DNA from: Raja brachyura
Lineage: Eukaryota
Length of the DNA: 64,000 nt
NCBI GenBank assembly: GCA_963514005.1
Contig: OY740799.1
Coordinates: 33,232,001-33,296,000 of the forward strand
Direction of reading: 5' to 3'
Shown here: positions 14,901 to 26,900 of the stretch, piece by piece
Position numbering within the stretch: the first letter of the stretch is position 1
How the letters are laid out: each line of letters begins with the position of its first letter
Translations under genes and position numbers: made by a program
Notes under the pieces: generated by a model
What the model saw: only the letters and a program-made list of their open reading frames with translations
Database searches by the model: none
Told to the model about the DNA's origin: nothing

Positions 14901-17900
14901 AAGGAACAGACAGCTCCACTCAGAGGTGTTAATTCAGTGCTGCGTCGCTGTTGAAGCTCTGGTCGGTCTCCGGAAGGAACGGCCGCGCCAATCCAGTTTG
15001 TCTGCCGCGAGGAGTGGGCGAGGATGAGAATAGTCGCATCCTCGCCAGGAAGAGACTGAGAAAAGGTTCCCCCCCCCCTACCCTGACCCACTACCCCACA
15101 TAAAAAGACTAAGAATACCTCCAAAACATACTTTTAAACAGACTAAAAATAACAAAAAGATGAAAAAAAAAGACAGAATGCAAACAGAGGCTGCCTTCAA
15201 ATGGCGCCCCCTGTGGTAATGTAAATGTAATCATACAACTGAAATCTGAGATACCATATTGGAGAGAGATTAAAGACCAAATGTGATATACAAAACCAGC
15301 TGATTATCTGAAAGCTAAATGTACTCTTGGGTCCTAAAGCCATATGCGTAGTTGGAAAATGAGGTACTGTAACTTACACTGAGTACTGAACTTTATTGGA
15401 AATGTGTTGGAGATACAAAGTGGAAACGTAGGGAACATTTAAATGACTGACATATAAAATCTCATAAATAACATATACTACAGTAAATCTGTTTTGGTCT
15501 CCACTCTGCTGTGGACCCTCCCTTTCCTTTTCTTGTATACTCACTGCCTATCCTGATTATTTTTAAGATTTTATTTGTTTCTTTGCAGTAACACTTTTTC
15601 CAGACATACCCCTTGTTCTTTCTTCTCCTTTCCTTCCATCTTTCAGTCACTATTTGGGTCACTCAATCTCTCCTGGTCTCCAGCCCATCACATCATCCCC
15701 TATTTCTCTGCACTGTAAATTTTGTTGCTTTCTAAATTTTCCAGTACTTATAAAATAGAATCAGTCTCAAATGTTAATTCTTAACAGATGCTGCTTGACC
15801 TACCAAGTACTCCCAGTCATTTGTGCTTTCATTTTTCTTATGTCTGAAATCTGCTTGAGCGGTATAAGAATTGAGTTGACTTTGTGATTTGAATTTGTTT
15901 GTTATTTTCCAGAAGAAACATCAACTGTTACATCAACCAGCATTCCTTCCACAACAGGTAGGTGTTGGCTTTTTCAATATATATATATTTTGCAACCTCA
16001 ACTGATCACAATGAAAATCCATTTGTTTTCTTCTCTATCATCGTCATCGTTGAAAACATCAACGTGCACGGTGCCTTACAATGCTATGTACGACAGTGAT
16101 CATAACTTCTACTGAAGTGTGGATGGCCGTTGGCTCGCTTGGAGCTAATCTGCCTTTTGACAGGTCTTGTTTTTGGTCCTGCAGTGGGTTCACTGCCCCC
16201 TCCTCACCTGGCAAACTAGGTGGGGGAGACAGTTTAGTCACCGACTATCCGACCATGGAGCAGGTAGCACGGGATTACATGGTACCCGTGGCGGGTGGTA
16301 ATCCCCCCTATCTTCTCTACCTTTTTGATATATTAGACCCTGTTCCCTGTTCCCCATTTTTACTCCATAAGTAAAATGTTCGGTCACTCACAATGGCAGC
16401 TACTTTTATCATCATGCGGAAATTTGAACTCCCTTCTTTATAAGAATATGATAGGTAACTTCTTTATTTGGGCATGCGAGGAAACTGTTTGGCCCATTGT
16501 GTCCTTTTCAACTTCCAACAGCACAATGTCATGTCCCCTGCTTATTTCCCTGTATTTCTACAACATATTCTCTTCCACATCCACTCTCCTTTGATTCTTT
16601 TGGTATTGGTCTATACAAAGGAATAATTTACAAGAGCCAATTAATCTACCAGCATGTCTCTGGGTGACAGGAGGAACTCAAGGAAGTACAGGGAGCCAAT
16701 ATAAGCTCCATACAAACAGCACCTAATATCAGGATTGAACTTGGACCTCTCAAGCTTTCAGGCAAAGGCAAGGCACAGCCTTCCACAGCTTGTTGAGAGT
16801 GGTCTTCTTTTCATTATAATCTCTTTCCTCCTTTAACTCTTGATTCTGTTTTATGAATTGACAGCAAACGTGTTCCTTTATCATATATTATCCTGGAGCA
16901 GCTACCTTTTTGCCATTTCCCCCTTGCCCACTAATTAAACTCTTCTGCATATATGTTATACCTTTTCACCATATACAGTACGTAGCATGTTTCAAGGTGA
17001 TATGGTGAGGCAACGCAACTACTCCAATAATGTTCTTCAATAGCACGCTGAGACCAACCCATCAAGTGGAAAGAATATCCGGCTGTTAAAATCATGCAAT
17101 AGTTAGTGCACAGCTGCAGTCAGCTGCCTGATAAGTGACATCTCACGTTTGTGCTTTATGCTTTTTCCCTATTGTTCTGTTCTGCACTGGCAATGAATGT
17201 TTCCCTACTTGAAGTTGTATCTTAATTCAGATCAATCAACAGTTCCCCAAACATATTGTTATTATTCCCATTTTACTGTTCCCATTTTCATTTAAACTGT
17301 AATTTGTAAGATTCATTTTGATGCACAACCATGTTTCTCAAATCTTGTTTTTTATATTTATGTTTATATTTTCCACTATGTAGTGTTTTTTTACAAGTTT
17401 GCCTTATGTTTTCTTTCTTTACATTACAGTGCCATACTGTTTGGGTGTATGGTCTCCTTGGTCTAATAATGATACACCAACACCGTCATCTCCAAATGAT
17501 TATGAATTGTTGATACCATATGGCACTCAATTGTGCCCATCTTCTTCTGATAAAATTACCACCATTCAGTGCCAATTTGCCAAACATCCTGAATGGCCAC
17601 TAAGTGTATCGCCAGATCTTGTGACCTGCAATAAAGAGATAGGATTGATGTGCACATTCTCTGGATCTCCTTCTGGCCACTTTTGTAATGACTACAGAAT
17701 TAGAGTTTGCTGCGAGCCAACTGAGACTACAACTGTCCCCACGACTACAACTGAGTCTACCACCAGTCCCACGACTGGTGAGTGATACCTTCTCCAGTAC
17801 TTGTTAACAGTCGTTTTAAAGGAAGGACAACTGTGTCCAAAGTATGTCCAGCTTGTGCTGGAATTGAACCAAATACAAATATTACTGCTCAATGTTGCGA

Positions 17901-20900
17901 TGATTATAAATTTGCAGTGGCTTTTGTTGAAGTTATTCCACAACATCTTTTAATTTATGCAATATATGCTGATTTTGTTACTACTCTCCCAAATGTGCCT
18001 TTCTTCGTTGAATATGAAGGACATGTATGCATTTGTTTACAGAAGAAACAACAACAACAACAGAGACAACCACCACTGAGTCTACCACCAGTCGCACGAC
18101 TGGTGAGTGATACCTTCTCCAGTACTTGTTAACAGTCATTTTAAAGGACGGACAACAATGTCCAAAGTATGTCCAGCTTGTGCTGGACGTACAAATTATA
18201 ACCACAAAGAGTTGAACCACATACAAATGTTACTGCTGAATGCCTTGTTGATTATAAATTTGCAGTGGCTTTTGTTGTAGTTATTCCACAACTTCTTTTA
18301 ATTTATGTAATATATGCTGATTTTGTTACTACTCTCCCAAATGTGCCTTTCTTCAAGTTGAATATAAAGGACATGTATGCATTTGTTTACAGAAGAAACA
18401 ACAACAACAACCACAGCCACGACCACAACAGAATCTACCACCAGTCCAACAACCACTTCCACAACTGGTGGGTGGTGATATTTTTATTTGCAAATCTTTT
18501 TACAAAAGCTCCCCAATACATATACATATAATTTTAATTCAAAACAAATATAATGCCTTTATTATTTTCCAGAAGAAACAACTCCCACGGTGCCACCAAG
18601 CACCACCACCACCTACACAACAGGTGAGTGATCATCTCTGTCAGTAGGTTATTACCAGCCGTAACGTTCAGTCACTCGATTTCAACTTCAGCTTGCCCTC
18701 ACTTGAATCATTCTTCAAGTTGCATGTAATGCTTTTATTTGCAGAAAAAACAGAGCCAACCACAACCGCGTCTACCACCAGTCCCACAACTGGTGAGTAA
18801 TGCATTTTATCAATCATTTTAACACAAATATGCTCAAATACAGTACCACTCGCAGCTTGTGACAATGATGATCACTCTTGCCTTGTGCGGCACAATTTTA
18901 CATCAGCAGCTCATGCGATGTAATCGAATTTCAAAGTCTTGAGATTCAAACTAGAATAGTGCTTTAAAGCAATGCAAAGGAACGACAGTAATGCCCAAAG
19001 TATGTGCTGGAGTTGAAACACATACAAATATTACTGCTGAATGTAGTATGGATTGTATATTTACAGTGATTATGTTGAAATATTATTGCACAATTTTTAA
19101 TTTGTGTAATATATGTTAATTTTGTTACTCCTCTCTCAAATGTGTAATTCTTCAAGTTGAATGTAAAGGCCGTGTATGTATGTGTTTACAGAAAAAACTA
19201 CAACAACAGCGACGACAACAACAGAATCTACCACCAGTCCCACAACTGGTGAGTGATAACTACTCTCAATGTAAACCCATGGGTTTTTATATCACAGCTT
19301 AGCTCATAAACATCATTTTCAGTTGCACTACTTTCCCTTCCTTTCTTCAATTTCACTTCATCCATATCAGGTGAGTGATCGCCTCTGTCAGTACGAACGC
19401 ACTGGCTGTTGGGTTTGGTTGTTCAATTAAAACTTCATCTCATCCTAAGTAAAAGTCGAATAATTTGCTGAAATTATTTTTTTCACAATCATTTATCGGG
19501 TTAATTTTCTACTGCCTCAGTTGTGCCATTCATCAAGTTGAATGGTCATGAATGCTTTTACTTGCTTAAGGAACAATAACACAGTCCAGCATAACTGAGT
19601 TTACCGCCAGTCACATAACTGGTGGGTGATGCCTTCATTCAATATTAATTCATGGATATTTTAAAGCAACTATCCTTTTAAGCACTTTTAAGCTTGAACT
19701 TTATTGGCTTGCCATAATCGTTTCAATTTCAGTGCAGTAGAGTTCTACCCTTCTCCACAATCCTGAGGGTTAACTCGAATATGACACAGAACAGATCAAA
19801 GATATCTCCTTCCTTAACATTCAGAATTATTTCTGTATCAAGCACCAAAGATATATTTTCAAATCATTTACCTTTGTTAACAAATTAAAAAAATTATTTC
19901 AGATTTTAAGTTGCAAAAGAAAGTTTTGATGAGACTTCATAACCAGAAGTTTTGTAAATGTAATCATACAACTGAAATCTGAGACACCATATTGGAGAGA
20001 GATTATAGACCAAATGTTATATACACAACCAGCTGATTATCTGAAACAGTTAAATTTACTCCTGGGTCCCAAAGCCATATGCGTAGTTGGAAGATGAGGC
20101 ACTGTAACTTACACTGAGTACTGAACTTTATTGGAACTGTGTTGGAGATACAAAGTGGAAATGTAGGGAACATTTAAATGACAGACACTTTAATTCTCAT
20201 AATTAATATATACTCCAGTAAATCTGTTTTGGTCTCGACTTTGCTGTGGACCTTCCCTTCCCTTTTCTTGTATACTCACTGCCTTTCCTGATTATGTTTT
20301 ACATTTTATTTGTTTCTTTGCAGTAACACATTTTCCAGACATGCCCCTTGTTCTTTCTTCTCCTTTCCTTGCATCTTTCAGTCACCATTTGGGTCACTCA
20401 ATCTCTCCTGGTCTCCAGCCCGTCACATCATCCCCTATTTCTCTGCACTGTAAATTTTGTTTCATTCTAAATTTTCCAGTATTTATAAAATAGAATCAGT
20501 CTCAAATGTTAATTCTTAACAGATGCTGCTTGACCTACCAAGTACTCCCAGTCATTTCTGCTTTCATTTTTCTTATGTCTGAAATCTGATTGAGCGGTAT
20601 AAGAATTGTGTTGACTTTGTGATTTGAATTTGTTTGTTATTTTCCAGAAGTTATTTTCCAGTTTTTCAATATATATTTATTTTGCAACCTCAACTGATCA
20701 CAATGAAAATCCATTTGTTTTCTTCTCTATCATCGTCATCGTTGAAAACATCAATGTGCACGGTGCCTTACAATGCTATGTACGGCAGTGATCACAACTT
20801 CTACTGAAGTGTGGATTGCCGTTGGCTCGCTGGGAGCTAATCTGCCTTTTGACAGGTCTTGTTTTTGGTCCTGCAGGGGGTTCACTGCCCCCTTCTCACC

Positions 20901-23900
20901 TGGCAAATTTAGTCGCCGACTATCGGACCTTGGAGCAGGTAGCACATGGTATCCGTGGCGCTGGAACTCCCCCTGTCCTTCTCTAACGTTTTGATATATT
21001 AGACCCTGTTCCCTGTTCCCTGTCCCCCATTTTTACTTTCATAAGTAAAATGGCCAGTCGCTCACAATGGCAGCTACTTTTATCATCATGCGGGAATTTG
21101 AACTAATTTCTTTATAAGAATATGATAGGTAACTTCTTTATTTGGGCATGAAAGGAGGTGGTTTTGCCCACTGGGTCCTTTTCAACTTCCAACAGTACAA
21201 TGTCATGTCCCCTGCTTATTTCCCTGTAACTCTCCAACATATTCTCTCCCACATCCACTCTCCTTTGATTCTTTTGGTATTGGCCCATGCAAATGGATAA
21301 TTTACAAGAGCCAATTAATCTACCAGCATGTTTCTGGGTGACAGGAGGAACTCAAGGAAGTACAGGGAGCCATTATATGCTCCATACACACAGCACCGAA
21401 TATCAGGATTGAACTTGGATCTCTCAAGCTTTCAGGCAAAGGCGAGGCATAGCCTACCACAGCTTATTGAAAGTGGTCTTCTTTTCATTATAATCCCTTT
21501 CCTGCTTTAACTCTTGGTTCTGTTTAATGAATTGACAGCAAACGTGTTCCTTTATCATATATTATCCTGGAGCAGCTACCTTTTTGCCATTTCCCTCTTG
21601 CCCACCAATTAATCTCTTCTGCATATATGATATATCTTTTCACCATATACAGTACGTAGCATGTTTAAAGGTGATATGGTGAGGCAGCGCAACTACTCCA
21701 ATAATGTTCTTCAATAGCACGCTGAGACCAACTCATGAAAGTGGGAAGAATATCCGCCTGTTAAAATCATGCAATAGTTAGTGCACAGCTGCAGTCAGCT
21801 GCCTGATAAGTGACCTCGCGTTTGTGCTTTATGCTTTTTCCCCATTGTTCTGTTCTGCACTTGCAATTACTGTTTCCCTGTCTGATACTTGAGGTTGTAT
21901 GTCAATTCAGATCAATCAACAGTTCCCCAAACATATTATTATTATTCCCGTTTTACTGTTCCCACTTTTTTTTAAACTGTAATTTGGAAGATTCATGTTG
22001 ATGCACAACCATGTTTCTCTAATCTTGTGTTTTATATTTATGTTTATATTTTCCACTTTGTATTGTTTTATACAAGTTTGCCTTATGTTTTCTTTCTTTA
22101 CATTACAGTGCCAGACTGTTTGGGTGTATGGTCTCATTGGCATAGTAAACATACACCAACACCGTCATCTCCAAATGATTATGAATTGTTGAACACATAT
22201 GGCCCTACATTTTGCCCATCTCCTTCCGATAAAATTACCACCATTCAGTGCCAATTTGCCAACAATCCTGAATGGCCACTAAGTGTATCGCCAGATCATG
22301 TGACCTGCAATGTAGACGTCGGATTGATCTGCACGTTCTCTGGATCTCCTTCTGGCCACTTTTGTAATGACTACAGAATTAGAGTTTGCTGCGAGCCAAC
22401 TGGGACTACAACTGTCCCCACGACTACAACTGAGTCTACCACCAGTCCCAAGACTGGTGAGTGATACCTTCTCCAGTACCTGTTAACAGTCGTTTTAAAG
22501 GAAGGACAACAATGTCCAAAGTATGTCCAGCTTGTGCTGGAATTGAACCAAATACAAATGTTACTGCTGAATGTTGCGATGATTATAAATTTGCAGTGGC
22601 TTTTGTTGAAGTTATTCCACAACTTCTCTTTAATCAATATATGCTGATTTTGTTACTACACTCCCAAATGTGCCTTTCTTCGTTGAATATAAAGGACATG
22701 TATGCATTTGTTTACAGAAGAAACAACAACAACAACAACTACGACCACCACAGAATCTACCACCAGTCCTACAACTGGTAAGTGATAACTTATCTCAATG
22801 TACACTCATGGGTTTTTTTTATCACAGCTGAGCTCATACACACATGTTCCCATCCTTGCTTCAAGTTTTGCAATTTCAGCTCAGTAGTTCATGATCCCAT
22901 TTCAGAGTCTGTGGGTCAGTCGTGATGGTCCTCTGATGCAGGATAGGGATAGTGCAGCATTGCCAATACTGTGCTATTCAGCATGAGATTTTGAGCTGTG
23001 TTTGTGAATGTGCTGCCGTGACTGAGGTATATCTTATGGCCAAATTACAGAAAATTACAGAAAAAACATGAATAATAACAATTATTGCAACAACATTTCT
23101 CAGAATATATTTTTAAGCTTTTTAGTTTGTACAGTGAAGATATGAATAAGTAGGTTAAGGTGTTCCCTACATTTCAGCTGTGACCATATTTTAGTACAAT
23201 TTCAGCTCAATAGATAATGAGCTGGGTTTGTTCAATATAAGTTGATTTTGTTACTACTCACTCAAACGAGCCTCTCGTTGTGGGATAACTTCCCTCAATG
23301 TGCACTCATTATTTTGTTATCACTGTTGAGCTCATATACATCATACACTCATGTTCAGTGGTAGGGCTTTATCCTCCTTGCATCAAGTTTGGCAATTTCA
23401 GCTCAGTCATTCATGGTCCCATTTCAGAGTCTGTTTGTTCAGTCTTGATGGTCCTCTGGTGCATGATAGGGGTAGTGCGGCACTGCCGATTATATGCAAA
23501 TCTGCTTCAGATTTTGAGCTGGGTTTGTAAATGTACTGTTGTGACAGCAGTATATCTTGTGGCCAATGGCAAAGAACAGAAAAGTCTCTCCACTGCTCTG
23601 AATAATAGCAATAATTACAGCAACATTTCTCAGAAAATGTTTTTTAGCTGTATAGTTTATTCAGTGAGGATATGAATAAGTACAGTGGCTTGCAAAAGTT
23701 TTCATACCCCTTGAACTTTTCCACATTTTGTCACGTTACAACCACAAACGTAAATGTATTTTATTAGGATTTTACGTGATAGACCAACACAAAGTGGCGC
23801 ATAATTGTGAAGTTGAAGGAAAATTATACGAGGTTTTAAAATTTTTTTACAAATAAAAAACTGAAAAGTGTGGCGTGCAAAAGTATTCAGCCCCCTTTAC

Positions 23901-26900
23901 TCTGATACCCCTAAATAAAATCTAGTGCAACCAATTGCCTTCAGAAGTCACCTAATTAGTAAATAGAGTCCACTTGTGTGTAATCTAATCTCAGTATAAA
24001 TACAGCTGTTCTGTGAAGGTCTCAGAGGTTTGTTAGAGAACATTAGTGAACAAACAGCTTCATGAAGCCCAAGGAACGCACCAGACAGGTCAGGGATAAA
24101 GTTGTGGAGAAGTTTAAAGCAGGGTTAGGTTATAAAAAAATATCCCAAACTTTGAACATCTCACGGAGCACTGTTCAATCCATCATCCGAAAATAGAAAG
24201 AGTATGGTACAACTGCAAACCTACCAAGACATGGCCATCCACCTAAACTGACAGGCCGGGCAAGGAGAGCATTGATAAGAGACGCAGCCAAGAGGCCCAT
24301 GGTAACTCTGGAGGAGCTGCAGAGATCCACAGCTCAGGTGGGAGAATCTGTCCACAGGACAACTATTAGTCGTGCACTCCACTAATCGGGCCTTTATGGA
24401 AGAGTGGCAAGAAGAAAGCCATTGTTGAAACAAAGCCATAAGAAGTCCCGTTTGCAGTTTTCCACAAGCCATGTGGGGGACACAGTAAACATGTGGAGGA
24501 AGGTTACACAAAATGCTGGAGAAACTCAGCGGGTGCAGCAACATCTAAGGAGCGAAGGAGATAGGCGACGTTTTGGGTCGGGACCCTTCTTCAGAAGGTG
24601 CTCTGGTCTGATGAGAACAAAATTGAAGGTTTTGGCCTAAATGCAAAACGCTATGTGTGGCGGAAACCTAACACAGCACATCACCCTGAACACACCATCC
24701 CCACTGTGAAACATGGTGGTGGCAGCGTCATGCTGTGGGGATGCTTTTCTTCAGCAGGGACAGGGAAGCTGGTCAGAGTTGATGGGAAGATGGATAGAGC
24801 CAAATACAGGGCAATCTTGGAAGAAATTCTGCTAGAGTCTGCAAAAGACTTGAGACTGGGGCGGAGGTTCACCTTCCAGCAGGACAACGACCCTAAACAT
24901 ACAGCCAGAGCTACAATGGAATGGTTTAGATCAAAGCATATTCATGTGTTAGAATGGCCCAGTCAAAGTCCAGACCTAAATCCAATTGAGAATCTCTGGC
25001 AAGACTTGAAAATTGCTGTTCACAGACGCTCTCCATCCAATCTGACTAAGCTTGAGCTATTTTGCAAAGAAGAATGGGCAAAAATTTCAGTCTCTAGATG
25101 TGCAAAGCTGGTAGAGACATACCCCAAAAGCCTTGCAGCTGTAATTGCAGCGAAAGGTGGTTCTAAAAAGTATTGACTCAGGGGGGCAGAATACTTTTGC
25201 ATGCCACACTTTTCAGTTTTTTATTTGTAATAAAATTTGGAAACCATGTATCATTTTCCTTCCGCTTCACAATTATGCAGCACTTTGTGTTGGTCTATCA
25301 CATAAAATCCCAATATAATACATTTACGTTTGTGGTTGTTACGTGACAAAATGTGGAAAAGTTCAAGGGTTATGAAAACTTTTGCAAGCCACTGTATGTC
25401 ACGGTGTTCCCTACATTTCAGCTGTGACCGTATTTCAGTACAATTTCTTGCAGTAAGACCTTTGCTAAATGGGAAGTAATTAAATGTGTTTATTTCCACT
25501 TTACTCTTTTGTAATTGGGAAATATCTGCTGAATTTGCTGGTCATTCATAATCTTGTATTCAAGATGAATGAATTATTTGTCCATTAACTTGTTTTTCTT
25601 TTGAAGAAACATCTACAACAACCAGCACAACTGAGGCCACAACCACTTCCACAACTGGTGAGTAATGATATTTTCAAGAATCATTTGCGATTCATTTTAA
25701 TACAGTACAAGCCTCTGCCAGACTACATATGCACATACTGAGTATCTATGTATATACAGATAATTTTGCTTCTAAACAAAAGTAAATCCTTTGTTATTTT
25801 CCATTAAAAAACAGTTACCACGGTGACACCAAGCACCATCACCTCCACACCAGGTGATTGAATGCTTCTGTCGGTATGTTATTAGCAGCCATTAGGTTCA
25901 GACATTTTTTTTTATGTAATGGTTTTAATTGCAGAAGAAACAACAACAACAACAACAACAGAGACAACCACCACTGAGTCTACCACCAGTCCCACGACTG
26001 GTGAGTGATACCTTCTCCAGTACTTGTTAACAGTCATTTTAAAGGACGGACAACAATGTCCAAAGTATGTCCAGCTTGTGCTGGACGTACAAATTAGAAC
26101 CACAAAGAGTTCAACCACATACAAATGTTACTGCTGAATGCCTTGTTGATTATAAATTTGCAGTGGCTTTTGTTGTAGTTATTCCACAACTTCTTTTAAT
26201 TTATGTAATATATGCTGATTTTGTTACTACTCTCCCAAATTCTTCAAGTTGAATATAAAGGACATGTATGCATTTGTTTACAGAAGAAACAACAACACCA
26301 ACAACAACAGCCACGACCACAACAGAAACAACTCCCACGGTGCCACCAAGCACCACCACCACCTACACAACAGGTGAGTGATCACCTCTGTCAGTAGGTT
26401 ATTACCAGCTGTAACGTTCGGTCATTCGATTTCAACTTCTGCTTGCCCTCACTTGAATCATTCTTCAAGTTGCATGTAATGCTTTTATTTGCAGAAAAAA
26501 CAACAACAGAGCCAACCACAACCGCGTCTACCACCAGCCCCACAACTGGTGAGTAATGCATTTTACCAATCATTTTAACACAAATATGCTCAAATACAGT
26601 ATCACTCGCAGGTTGTGACAAGGAAGTACAAGGAGCCATTATAAGCTCCATACAAACAGCACCGAATATCAGGATTGAACTTGGATCTCTCAAGCTTTCA
26701 GGCAAAGGCGAGGCATAGCCTTCCACAGCTTATTGAGAGTGGTCTTCTTTTCATTATAATCTCTTTCCTGCTTTAACTCTTGGTTCTGTTTAATGAATTG
26801 ACAGCAAACGTGTTCCTTTATCATATATTATCCTGGAGCAGCTACCTTTTTGCCATTTCCCTCTTGCCCACCAATTAATCTCTTCTGCATATATGATATA

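Larger units (their letters stand above)
1..17945. repeat. Tandem array unit A (period 6484 bp; copies start at 1, 6485, 12969; third copy partial)
   Basis: AGTCTTGAGATTCAAACTAG recurs at 1, 6485 and 12969; the ORF track repeats with the same period; copies differ only by scattered SNPs and small indels. Confidence 0.97.

Noticed and set aside
24598-25176. 192-aa ORF as an active or domesticated transposase
   Set aside because: It is only the catalytic half, opened by the nested insert; the N-terminal DNA-binding part has two stops and a frameshift.
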